Part shown: piece after piece, positions 8,789-19,300 of the stretch
How positions within the stretch are numbered: position 1 is the stretch's first letter
Layout: the number at the start of each line of letters is the position of its first letter
IMG/VR virus record: IMGVR_UViG_3300027792_000010
DNA: 64,000 bases
DNA from: a virus
Strand: one strand, 5' to 3'
Program-made: the position numbers and the translations under genes
The notes under the pieces: generated by a model
Databases searched by the model: none
What the model was told of the DNA's origin: nothing
Seen by the model: the letters and a program-made list of their open reading frames with translations, nothing else

Positions 8789-8854
8789 AGTCCTCCATTA
8801 GAATTTGAATAAGCCCAGTAAAATTTGGAGCTTAAAGATTCTGATGGAGGATTT
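8788..8854 (+). promoter_or_regulatory. RBS-sequestering hairpin
   Basis: 8788-8806 pairs with 8836-8854 over 19 uninterrupted bp (3 G-U) and covers the GGAGG at 8846-8850. Confidence 0.7.
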
Positions 8855-8858
8855 TTTT

Positions 8859-9299
8859 ATGCCTATAAGTTGTATTCAGCTAAGACTTAGGAAGATAGCA
8901 AATAAGCTATTAAAGGCTGAGTATGACTATGTTAATATCCCTATATATCAGCAGTTTATAGACCAATCCGATGTGGAAAACAAGGATACCACACGCGGAG
9001 GTCCTCCTTCTATGACCGATGAGCCTATACAGGAGAACGAAGAAGGAAGGATCAAGAGGAAGCAGGATATTAGAAGACAAGGACCTCGCCCAGGGGTAAG
9101 GGACCCTTTATTACTAAATCGAGAAGATATGGGAGACTTAAATAATCCCGATTCTGTATCTCCATTGGAGAATTTGCAGGGAGAGAAAACAAGGCAACCT
9201 GATAGAAGTCCTTTCAAAAATTATTATGAAGAAGATTTGCAGAAGGACACAATAGGTTTTAACCCAGATGAGGACCATGTTACAAAGGATAACTTATGA
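8859..9299 (+). CDS. hypothetical probable virion protein (start at ATG 8859 after GGAGG)
   Basis: MPISCIQLRLRKIANKLLKAE..., in frame with track ORF 8805..9299. Acidic and Pro-rich. Confidence 0.7.
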   Translation: MPISCIQLRLRKIANKLLKAEYDYVNIPIYQQFIDQSDVENKDTTRGGPPSMTDEPIQENEEGRIKRKQDIRRQGPRPGVRDPLLLNREDMGDLNNPDSVSPLENLQGEKTRQPDRSPFKNYYEEDLQKDTIGFNPDEDHVTKDNL

Positions 9300-9637
9300 G
9301 AGGGTCATTTGAAGAAATAGTAAAAAAGGTAAATGAAAAATTTTCTGCTGTTCAACAGTACGATAAGACAATCAGTGATAAGCTCTACGCTGATTTGAAA
9401 GAAAATATTAAATCAGCCTCTGTAGCTGAAAAGGCTATAGAAGAAGGAATTGATTCTTTCTTTGATCCTAATAGGATAAAAGTAGCTAGCTTAGCTGACC
9501 TTTTTGCTTTTGACAGAATTGGAAATAATACTCTTGTGCATAAGGCCCAGAAGGATTTGTGGTCTATTGAGTCTGATGAAGGGGGAGTACATATCTCCCG
9601 TTTGTTTGATAATAGCGGTGAACCTTTGAAGGTATAA
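9296..9637 (+). CDS. hypothetical probable virion protein
   Basis: ATGA overlap with the previous gene. Contains KSAS and KVAS motifs. Confidence 0.75.
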   Translation: MRGSFEEIVKKVNEKFSAVQQYDKTISDKLYADLKENIKSASVAEKAIEEGIDSFFDPNRIKVASLADLFAFDRIGNNTLVHKAQKDLWSIESDEGGVHISRLFDNSGEPLKV

Positions 9638-9638
9638 G

Positions 9639-9881
9639 ATGGCAGAGCACGGAGAGTTTCTAAAATCCCTTTTTACTGATAGAAGTAGTGCTGTTAAAGA
9701 GTTCCTTAACGAACCACCTACACCTTTGGATGATGGCGGAAAGGAAGAGGATCAGAAGATTATGGATAGCATAACAGTAAATTCTATAATGAAAAGTTAT
9801 GCTATGAAAGAGGCCCCTAAGGGAGAAGCTTACTGGTACTATAAAAATAAGGGATATCTTAAAAAATTAGGATTAGAATAA
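9639..9881 (+). CDS. hypothetical protein
   Basis: 80-aa ORF tightly packed in the operon. Confidence 0.65.
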   Translation: MAEHGEFLKSLFTDRSSAVKEFLNEPPTPLDDGGKEEDQKIMDSITVNSIMKSYAMKEAPKGEAYWYYKNKGYLKKLGLE

Positions 9882-9896
9882 TATCGGAGGTTAGCT

Positions 9897-10520
9897 ATGG
9901 GAGATAGAGTTCGTTTGACACAAAAAGTAGCTGCAGCAGCTAAAAAAGAAAAAGATAAAAATATGAGTGATAATGGTCGTATAACAGATGGATTTGAATA
10001 TGACAAATCAAAAGCTAAGGTGCTGCAAAAAGTACTTCATAATTTAAACGTATCCCTTGGAACATTGATAGGAGCTATGAAAGAGTTGGCTATGTTAAGA
10101 GGTTCTGATATTACACCTGATGGAAAGTTAGGTGGTAGGGGATTTGTGATGGAATTTAGGGAAATCAAAGCACTTATGAGTGATTCTATTAAGAATCTCT
10201 CAGATATTACTGACTCAATTGGGGATGAGCTTACTAATCCAAAATGGGACCTCAAAGATAAAGAAATTAAAGAGATAAAAAAAGAGAAAGAGGAAGTAAA
10301 GGAAGAGGTAGAAGAAGCCATTGAACCTACTACTGATACAGATAAAGAAGAAACTACTGAAGAACCTGAAGGAAAAGAAGCAGATATAGATCCAAAAGAT
10401 GTAAAAGATTCAAATTACGTTCAATCAATGAAAAGATACCAGAGGATACTTGAGGCAGGAAAAATAGATGATGTCGCCAGTGTCCTTCGCAAAAGAATTC
10501 AAGCCAACCTTTTAAGATAG
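9897..10520 (+). CDS. hypothetical probable virion protein, acidic/charged
   Basis: GGAGG RBS. Glu/Lys-rich C-terminal half. Confidence 0.75.
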   Translation: MGDRVRLTQKVAAAAKKEKDKNMSDNGRITDGFEYDKSKAKVLQKVLHNLNVSLGTLIGAMKELAMLRGSDITPDGKLGGRGFVMEFREIKALMSDSIKNLSDITDSIGDELTNPKWDLKDKEIKEIKKEKEEVKEEVEEAIEPTTDTDKEETTEEPEGKEADIDPKDVKDSNYVQSMKRYQRILEAGKIDDVASVLRKRIQANLLR

Positions 10521-10530
10521 GAGAGATAAC

Positions 10531-12450
10531 ATGAGTCTCGGAGATATTTCAAACTTCATGTCAGAAGAAAAAGAGGCAGCTAAGCTTCCTGATTTGGATT
10601 GGTTAGCTCTTGACATAAAAGATAAGGATAACTATCCTACGCAAAATAATGTCGAGAGTATTCCGCAACTTGTACAGCAGTGGTCTCATAATGATGTGCA
10701 TACTGCTGAACTTATTCCTAATCAGATATCGGTAGCCCCGATAACTGAGAAGAAAGCCTCTTCTGGAGAAATTCAGAGTGTTGTAGACACTGCTAAGAAG
10801 GAAATGATGAAGGGTCTTGTAGGTAAAGGTTTAGTTGAAAGACTATCTAGCCTCTATCAGAAGGACCTTTTAGTAGCAGCTAAGGATGAATTGTCCAAGG
10901 TAGCTCAAGAGCAGGGACTCCTAGGTAACGTCTACATCGATTTAACACCTTTTGAATCTTGTGCTGAGGCTTCTAAGGCTCTTGGTCATAATAGGATTAG
11001 AATGGCTAAGTATGTTGTAGGTCAGCCTAAGAGACACGTCTGTGCCTCTCATAATGCAGGGACATGTAAAGAGCTGCGTAAAAAAGTAGTAGCTTCTATG
11101 GAGTACAATCAGGATTTGATGGCTGAGTATACTACTCATCTTAGAATCGCTGGGATTATATCTCAAGAGACAAAGCTTGCATCTAAAGAAGACCTTAGAA
11201 TGGCTATTATTGCCAGTAAGAAAAGCAAGACTAAAGAAGTAGAAGAGAAAGAACCCAACGACCAACCTACCCTTCTTGACGAAACAATCAAGGAAGCTTT
11301 TGAGAAAGAGCTAAGTAGGTCGATTACAGATATTAAATCCAGTCAGCAACCTTCTGGTTTTGAGAGGATTCGCCCGGTTCTTGCATTCATCCAGGATGAA
11401 ATGCTTAAGGGGAGGATGGGCGATGCTCTTAAGGATAGTATAAAGAAAAAAGTAGCAACAGAACTTATTAATGAGTATCAGGAACAGATTAAGAAAATAG
11501 CATCACTTCAGGGTTTACTTGGTAATGTTTATGTTGATGTTTCTTTCTATAAGTCTCCTGAAGAAGCTGTACATGCCATTAAGAATGCTACAACAAATCC
11601 TACATATATCATGCAGTCTCGTGGTAAGGGAGAGTTTGATAATACGTTAGAAAAAGTAGCAAAGGCTACTGGTTGCCAAATTCTTCCTAGAGATGGAAAG
11701 ATTAGCAAAAAGATAGCTCTTAGTTACATAGATGACCTAAACTTTTCAGGAAGAATATCATCAGATATTGCTGGTGGTTTAAGAGGAAAAGTTGAAGGTA
11801 GCGCTAATACCCTAGGAGTAATTAAGGAAGCTTTTATCCAGACATTAAGTTATGTCAAACCTCAGAAAGAGGGTGGAGTAAAAGCTTACTTTTCATCACT
11901 CAACACTACAAAATATGGTACCAAGGACAAGCTTAAGACAGCAGCTTACAAAGCATTAGAAGCAGGGTACTGCTTTGATAAGGTAAGGGATAAGCTCACA
12001 GAAAAAATGAGTACCATTGAGGCTGAGGGGATGATTAGGGACGTTCTTGCATCTCTGAAAGAAGTAAGCGCAGACGCTCTTCCAGAATGTAAGAATGAGA
12101 AATATAAGTTAGCAAAAGATGCTACTATAAAGAAAGCTGAAAAGTGTAACGGATGTGTATATGCAGCAGATCATACATGTACTAAACAAGGTGTGAAATT
12201 TTCTGGAGCACCAGAGATAGATAAACTTTCTGTGCAAATAGACCCAAATACACATAAGGTTTTACTTACAGATAATCCTGATACTACTCGTATAGATATG
12301 AATCAGGAATATGATATGACTGATTCTTTTGGATCAGGGATGAATATCTCCTTAGAAAAGATGGGAAAAGAAGCTAAAAATGAATCAAGTATAGAGATGG
12401 ATATTAGCTTCAATAGCGATGGATTAGACGATAATCTTGGAAAAGTCTAA
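10531..12450 (+). CDS. large probable virion protein with internal duplication
   Basis: QGLLGNVYIDL and QGLLGNVYVDV about 199 aa apart. Cys/His clusters. Confidence 0.75.
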   Translation: MSLGDISNFMSEEKEAAKLPDLDWLALDIKDKDNYPTQNNVESIPQLVQQWSHNDVHTAELIPNQISVAPITEKKASSGEIQSVVDTAKKEMMKGLVGKGLVERLSSLYQKDLLVAAKDELSKVAQEQGLLGNVYIDLTPFESCAEASKALGHNRIRMAKYVVGQPKRHVCASHNAGTCKELRKKVVASMEYNQDLMAEYTTHLRIAGIISQETKLASKEDLRMAIIASKKSKTKEVEEKEPNDQPTLLDETIKEAFEKELSRSITDIKSSQQPSGFERIRPVLAFIQDEMLKGRMGDALKDSIKKKVATELINEYQEQIKKIASLQGLLGNVYVDVSFYKSPEEAVHAIKNATTNPTYIMQSRGKGEFDNTLEKVAKATGCQILPRDGKISKKIALSYIDDLNFSGRISSDIAGGLRGKVEGSANTLGVIKEAFIQTLSYVKPQKEGGVKAYFSSLNTTKYGTKDKLKTAAYKALEAGYCFDKVRDKLTEKMSTIEAEGMIRDVLASLKEVSADALPECKNEKYKLAKDATIKKAEKCNGCVYAADHTCTKQGVKFSGAPEIDKLSVQIDPNTHKVLLTDNPDTTRIDMNQEYDMTDSFGSGMNISLEKMGKEAKNESSIEMDISFNSDGLDDNLGKV

Positions 12451-12482
12451 TAATATAAATTATATATAATATAGGAGATGCT

Positions 12483-13130
12483 ATGCCCAAGAATTCTATA
12501 GAGTTAGATGTTAATGAAATCTTACAGGTACCTATAGACTCTATTGGGCCTTCTTTTAGTGATAATAAATTAGAATCACAAACAGAGGCTCTTAAGATCT
12601 TTGAAAATGTGGAACCGCCAATAGTAGAGGTTAATAACCCTGCTAATCTTATAAGTGTGAATTTAGTAAATACCTCGATTCAAAAGATTATAGAAGATCC
12701 TACTAAAAATGATATATTGGTAGAATCTATAAAAAATGATGATCCTGGTATTACGATACTTAATAATATAATGGTTGAGTTAGCTGAAGAGATAGCCTAT
12801 ATGAAAGCTTGGAGGAATAATAACTTCCAGATTGATAAGGATGTAACTTCGGAGATTGCTGAGAAAAGAATAAAAGCACTTAATAACCTTACTATGACGG
12901 TAATACAAAAAGCAAAGATAATGAATTCTGGTAATAAAGGAAAAATAGATTTCTATAGTGAAAACTTTTCAAAGATATTTGAATATTTTTTGAAAGTTGT
13001 TCAAGATACTTTTCAAAAAGTAGGTATACCGGAGCAATACAGGAATATCTACTTATCAGAATTAGCTAAACAGTTAGATGGATTCGAAAAAACAGCAGAA
13101 AAAATATACAGTGGTAAGAAGAAAATATGA
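12483..13130 (+). CDS. candidate terminase small subunit
   Basis: Helical 215-aa protein coupled (ATGA overlap) to the large terminase. Positional inference only. Confidence 0.45.
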   Translation: MPKNSIELDVNEILQVPIDSIGPSFSDNKLESQTEALKIFENVEPPIVEVNNPANLISVNLVNTSIQKIIEDPTKNDILVESIKNDDPGITILNNIMVELAEEIAYMKAWRNNNFQIDKDVTSEIAEKRIKALNNLTMTVIQKAKIMNSGNKGKIDFYSENFSKIFEYFLKVVQDTFQKVGIPEQYRNIYLSELAKQLDGFEKTAEKIYSGKKKI

Positions 13131-16100
13131 GCATAGCTGAATTATGTGCTAATCTAATCTCTAAGGATGGTCTGGACATCGATAAGATTCTACATAAGAA
13201 TATTATCGAGTTTGTAACTGCTCCTTGGGGATTGGGGCTCGGGACTCTTCCTGGTGTTCCTTCGTTATACCCATCTCAACGTTTTATACTAAAGGTATAC
13301 TACGGGTTATCATTAGATAGGGGTAGTAATAGGGATATAATAATAAAAGACCAATTCAATGAGCTGGAACTTTACAGATTTAATGAATACGAATATTTTA
13401 AGTTTTTGTATGAACAGGGTAGAATAAATGGAGCAGAAGAAGGAGTGCCCTATACAGATTTAACTTTAGTATGTGGTAGAAGATCTGGCAAATGTGTATG
13501 CGCTGGGACAATAGTTAATACTGATAAGGGTTTAATAGAGATACAAAATTTAGGAGATCCTAAGGGTCCTGAGTATCAACCGTTAAAAATAGGTGTAGCT
13601 CAAGAGGGTGATAAAAAATCTGAATCTTCTTATTTTTATAACGGAGGTGAGAGAGATACTATAAAAATAAGAAGCTTCTATGGTTTTGAAAATGAGGGGA
13701 CACCTAACCATAGAATTAAAATATTGGATACAGACGGAGTAATAAAATGGAAGTATTTAGAAGATATAGAAGTAGGTGATATAGTATGTATTCATAGAAA
13801 ATCAGATATGTGGTCTAAAGAATACGTAAATACTGAATATTTAAGCAAAAAGTCACAAGGTCGTAAAGACAACATAAACTTACCTAAAGTTTTTGACAGT
13901 ACTTGGGCAAAACTATTAGGTGTTCTATCTGGTGATGGTACCTGGGCACTTAAAGGAGGAATACAAGTAACTGTAGGACCTTATAAAGAATGGTTAGACA
14001 AAGTTATAGATATTTTTAAAGAAACAGTAGGTGAGCCTATCATAAAGGTAGATAAAAGAAGAGAGGTGTATAGCGTAAATTATTATTCTGTTGTAGTAAG
14101 AGAGTTTTTTAATAATATAGGTTATAATGTGGATATAAAAAGTGATACAAAAAGAATTCCATGGGTTATTATGCAATCACCAAAGCCAGTAGTAGCTTCT
14201 TTTCTAAGCGGTCTTTTTGAAACAGACGGTTGTATAGAAGCTAAAAAAAGTACTGTGTCTTTTTCGACAGCTAGCTTAAAATTAGCACAGGAAGTCCAGA
14301 TATTACTGTTAAACTTCGGGATAGTCAGCAGATTAGTAGGTAAAATAAATAAAAGGTTTAATAAAACATACTATCATATATATACTTTAGGCTATAGGTC
14401 ACTAAAAATATTTCATGATGAAATAGGTTTTATAAGTGATAGGAAAAGAAAATTATTAGAATCCCGTATCAGTAAAGGATATAAGGGTAATAAAAGTAAT
14501 ATAGAGTCGATTCCTTATCAAAAGCAATGGTGTATAAATTTAAGAGAGTCTATTTATAAGGGCAAATCTAATGGTATAATTCCTAAAGATAAACCAGAAC
14601 AAAGAAGAATGCTTTTAAGAGGTGCTATAGGTAATGTAATAAAGACTAACAGTATAGAAGACCTCACATATCCTAGATTAGAAAAAATTATTTTAGTATC
14701 AAAAGAATTAGACGCTGACTCAGAGATAATTAAACATTTTGAAGAATTACAATATGCTAATTATTTTTTTGATAAAATTACAACAGTCGGTAAAAGCAGA
14801 AGTATGGTATACGATTTAAACGTACCTGATGGAGAATCTTTTGTAGCTAACGGCATGACTAATCATAATACTATGATCACTTCATGTATCATAGCCTATG
14901 AGACTTATAAACTTCTGAACATATATTGCCCACAAGAATACTATGGTATAATGCCTGAGTCTGAGATCAGGATAACATGTGTTGCTACAAGTAAAGAGAC
15001 AGCTTCTGAACTGTTTAATGCCGTTACAGGTCATATAGAAAGGTCTGAGTTTTTCAGAAGGTATAGGAATAAACCTACACAACAGAGAATGTTTCTTAGA
15101 ACCCAAAGAGATATTGATAAATACGGAGCCTCGAAGAGAGCCTCTCTTCAGATACACGTTGCTCCTTGTAGTGCTAAAGGTCTTCGTGGGCACAATAATA
15201 TTATAGTAGCTTTGGATGAGATGGCCTTTTTCTTTGAGGATGAGATGAAAAAGGGAAAGATAGTTGCAAAGAGTAGCGATAGAAATGATAGGGCTATTTA
15301 TACAGCTGTGACACCATCTATTGCTAAATTTAAGGGTAAAGATGGTAAGCCTCATGGAAAAGTTATAGCTATATCATCACCAAATACAAAATCTGGTAAG
15401 TTTTATGAACTATATGAATTCGCTTTTAACGAAGAAAATACTAAATCTTTGATGATACAGGCTCCTACCTGGGAGATAGACAGTAATCTATCTTCAGAGT
15501 TTTTAAAGAAAGAACATGTGTCAAATAGAACAACGTTTTATACTGAGTATGGAGCACAATTTAGTGACCAAGTAAAAGCCTGGATAGAAGATGCTGTTAT
15601 TTTAAGACAGAATATTATCTCAGGGTTAAAGTATAGAGATAGGTCATCACTTAGAGTACCTCATTATGCTGGAGTAGACGTAGGATTAAAAGGTGATGGA
15701 ACTGCAGTCTGTATATGTCATTATGTTTCAGAATTAGTAGGTGGTGCCAGAGAAGATTTTTTGGAGGTAGACTGCTGCGATATAAGATATGCAGAGTTAG
15801 AAAAAAAAGCTAATTTTACCCCACAAGATATAGCAGATTGGCTGATAGATTATACAAAGAGATTTAATATAATAAAGGGTTTATTGGACCAATACTATGG
15901 AATGGGTATTATACCACTATTAGAAGATAAGGGTATAAAACAGTATGAATACCGGGTATTCACTGAGGGTTTAAATTCTATAATATATCAAAACCTTCTT
16001 ACTCATTTTATATCCTCAGCATTAAGACTGCCTGAGGATGAGAGAATAATAGATGGTAGAGTAGATAAAGATTCAGACTTAGTAAAAGAGCTATTAACGT

Positions 16101-16384
16101 TACAGGCGACACAAAGAAGTAAATATATAGTTAGCGTAGAAGCTCCAGATAGGTCAGGGGCACATGACGACATGAGCGATGCCTTAGCTCGTGCGGTATT
16201 TGTTGCTACCGAATTCAAGAGAAAAGGATACGGTGTAAAATTGATTTCTGGAGGTAATTCTGGAGCCAAAGCATTTAAAGTATTAAGAGGCATCGAGATG
16301 AGAAAAGCAGAGTTATTGAGACCTACTCGTGGAAGAGTTTCCACAGGTAGGAGAAACTTCTCATCTGTGATGAGATCTTACTAA
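13127..16384 (+). CDS. terL: terminase large subunit, intein-containing
   Basis: Walker A GRRSGK|T interrupted by an intein, Walker B IIVALDEMAF, ISSP motif, C-terminal RNase H-like nuclease (GVDVG...HDDMSDA). Confidence 0.9.
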   Translation: MSIAELCANLISKDGLDIDKILHKNIIEFVTAPWGLGLGTLPGVPSLYPSQRFILKVYYGLSLDRGSNRDIIIKDQFNELELYRFNEYEYFKFLYEQGRINGAEEGVPYTDLTLVCGRRSGKCVCAGTIVNTDKGLIEIQNLGDPKGPEYQPLKIGVAQEGDKKSESSYFYNGGERDTIKIRSFYGFENEGTPNHRIKILDTDGVIKWKYLEDIEVGDIVCIHRKSDMWSKEYVNTEYLSKKSQGRKDNINLPKVFDSTWAKLLGVLSGDGTWALKGGIQVTVGPYKEWLDKVIDIFKETVGEPIIKVDKRREVYSVNYYSVVVREFFNNIGYNVDIKSDTKRIPWVIMQSPKPVVASFLSGLFETDGCIEAKKSTVSFSTASLKLAQEVQILLLNFGIVSRLVGKINKRFNKTYYHIYTLGYRSLKIFHDEIGFISDRKRKLLESRISKGYKGNKSNIESIPYQKQWCINLRESIYKGKSNGIIPKDKPEQRRMLLRGAIGNVIKTNSIEDLTYPRLEKIILVSKELDADSEIIKHFEELQYANYFFDKITTVGKSRSMVYDLNVPDGESFVANGMTNHNTMITSCIIAYETYKLLNIYCPQEYYGIMPESEIRITCVATSKETASELFNAVTGHIERSEFFRRYRNKPTQQRMFLRTQRDIDKYGASKRASLQIHVAPCSAKGLRGHNNIIVALDEMAFFFEDEMKKGKIVAKSSDRNDRAIYTAVTPSIAKFKGKDGKPHGKVIAISSPNTKSGKFYELYEFAFNEENTKSLMIQAPTWEIDSNLSSEFLKKEHVSNRTTFYTEYGAQFSDQVKAWIEDAVILRQNIISGLKYRDRSSLRVPHYAGVDVGLKGDGTAVCICHYVSELVGGAREDFLEVDCCDIRYAELEKKANFTPQDIADWLIDYTKRFNIIKGLLDQYYGMGIIPLLEDKGIKQYEYRVFTEGLNSIIYQNLLTHFISSALRLPEDERIIDGRVDKDSDLVKELLTLQATQRSKYIVSVEAPDRSGAHDDMSDALARAVFVATEFKRKGYGVKLISGGNSGAKAFKVLRGIEMRKAELLRPTRGRVSTGRRNFSSVMRSY
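13493..14869 (+). mobile_element. intein with LAGLIDADG endonuclease (459 aa) in the terminase P-loop
   Basis: Starts CVCAGT, ends FVANGMTNHN, +1 residue Thr. Motifs LLGVLSGDG and LSGLFETDG. Confidence 0.93.
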
Positions 16385-16398
16385 GACAGGAAAAAACT

Positions 16399-19300
16399 AT
16401 GGGAAGCAAGCCTTTTAAGGACCAGTTTTATTCAAATATAATCGTCTATGACGAACGTAAGAGGTACTACTATCTCTGGCAGCGCATAAACAAACCTCTA
16501 TTAGATGATGAGGTAAGAAACATGCAGCTAAGCCTTGTAGATCAAATGAGAAGATCTATACAAGGTATAGCAGGTGATGTTGCAGTTCCTATCGCCCCTT
16601 ATGCAAGAAGTCAGGACCCTGTAAACCCAGATGCTACTATTCTCAACTATTTTAAAGTGGTCGAGAATGGGATGGCTAATAGTTTCAAGGTAATAGGGGG
16701 ATCTGGAATAGACAATCCTGCTATTATGTTTGTAAAAGGTTTTTATGTATTTCTAACAGGAGACATCAATTATACAGACCAGAATGATTCTGGGGCTTTG
16801 ATTGACCCTTCTTTTACTGAAACTCCTATTCCCGATCTAAGCACTCCCACTTCAGACAGGGTAGATGTTGTATATATTGATTTTAGTTTTGGCGAAGTGT
16901 CACCAACCCTTGGAGCTAATGCAAGTGAGTATACAGACACTAATCTTAGGAATCCGATAGTAGGAACAGAGACTGGTAACAGACTAAGAGCTATTTTTGA
17001 TATTAGGGTTTGGGAAGATTATGTAAATAAAAAAATAGACGGAACTAATAGGATATCCACAGTTCAACCACTAAGTCAAAATATATTTACAAGTAGTGAT
17101 TTTTTAGGATCTATAGATTTAACTGATCCAGAAGCAAACCCTATTTATAAGCAACATTTCTTAGTACCTATAGCAATTCTTAATCGTAACTCTGCCACTA
17201 TTACACAGGACCAGATAGTTGATTTGTTAGGTTTGTATGATAAAAGAATACTATCTACCGATGAAATATCTTATAGGTCACGTCACGGAGGCTATGGAGA
17301 GACCGCAGTATATGAATTAGCATTAAGTAGTGAGTTATACGGTCTTACTGGGATACCAAGATATCCTAATGCTGTGGTAGATGAATCAGCCTTTGCCACA
17401 GGACTTAATCAGGGTTTTGCTTCTGAAGCATTCAACACCAATTCTGTTACACCTCGTATTCTTCAGAATGAGGGAAAGTTCAATATGGGTTCTCTTCTTA
17501 TTGGGGGAGAAACAGGACCTATTACCTACCCTATTTCAGCGTTAACAGGTGCTGAGCAGCTTCATCGCGGCGAGCTGCTGGCTAATGAACTCTCAACTAA
17601 ATCGTTAGCTGTAGGGTTTGATAGGGGCGTAACCGGGGCTAGAGAGTATGTAGACAGATTAAGTATTGAGATGCAGGGAGTAACAGCTACCGCAGTAGGT
17701 ATCAGGATACAGAATTCTACAGGCGAAACAGGAACTTTGGCTGCTTTTTTGAGAGGGCAGTCTTTAGGAGATACTGGTAATTATGTTTCTGTAGACTATC
17801 TCGGAAGAATGGGTATAAATACTAAAGAACCTGGATGGTCAGGCCCTGACACGGTTTGGAATGATACTGATTCTTCTAACATTGTTTTTGACGTAGATGA
17901 TTCAGGTAAAGTAAGAGCAAATCTCTTTGTAGATGGAAAGCTATTTGTTCTTGGTTATGTATATGGACCCTCTTGGCAAATACCCTCATATGTTTCTCCA
18001 GAGACTCCTGCTATCTTCGGATTTACAGGACTAGTAAATAACTATAATGGAGCAATACCGACATATCATAAAGGAATAACAGGAAGAGCCTCTTTTTATA
18101 TTCGTCCTGGTATGGCAGTTGTAGGAGACACCGGGATACCTGGGTATACAGGAACTTTCGGTTTTTATGAATGTTTTGATGGTAATGGAGACAGAGTATT
18201 TACCATTGGAAGCTTGGGAGAAGACTTCGACAGAGTAGTAAAGTCATTATACGGAAACGGTCAGAGAGTCTTATTTTATACAAGTAATAGCTTTAAGTAT
18301 TTGCCAAGTGGGTATAATGAGTTAAGTAATGGTGATGAGGTAAATATACAAGGTTTTGACTTTGAGGGAAATCTAATCAATGCCTCATACTTAGTAACAG
18401 GAATAAACGGTGGGACAGGAACAGTAGGGTTAACTGGTATTTATGATGTAGCTCAATTTATACAGTCGGAATTTGCTCAAACAAAAGTTATAGTTCAATT
18501 AGATCCTTATGATGAAGCGCGTACTATATCAACAAGGTATGGAAATGAAGGGAAGCTTATCATATCGGATTTAGAAGATAATTCTCTACTTGAGATAACA
18601 TCTCTAACAGTCGGTAGACCTCTTCTTGACCCAATAACTATCTCCCTTATCAAATCTAAATGGTATGGGTCAGGGTTGTACGGTGGGGACATTTTGAATC
18701 TGAAGTTTGCCAAGCTAGATTTGGGAGAAGCAGCTGATGCTTGGCTATTCAATGGTGACGTTTTCTTTAACGGTAATGGGTATCTAAACAGAGTTACATT
18801 CAGTCCTAACGTTATTTTTAGAGACGATGTATTTGTATACGGTAACTTTGTTGCAGATACAACAACTTTTAATGGGGCTAAGATTAATGCTCTTACTGTA
18901 AATGTAAGTTTAAAAGTAGATGGAATAGCAGCTATACATGATAGTCTGGTAGTTGGGTATCCATTAGACCAAGCATTTAATGCCTTCAATGGTGAAGTGC
19001 TTAGCTATAACAAGTTGGCTGTTTTGGTTGACGGGGATGTGCGTGCTAATGGGTTTTATGCATTACCGGAGGCTGATATAGACCCAAATCAATTTGGTAC
19101 TTTTGCTGTTAGGACAAGATATTACAAAGAAAAGCTTTCATTAGAAATAAATGGTACTTATGGCTCCGCTTCGAACCCCCTTGGTTGGCATTTGATTGAT
19201 AATAGGCCAGGAGTTACTATCGATGGTACTAGTAGTCTAAATACTATTGTTGTTGACTACAGTAATGGTAGAGGTACCTACGGAAATGTCCTACTAAATG

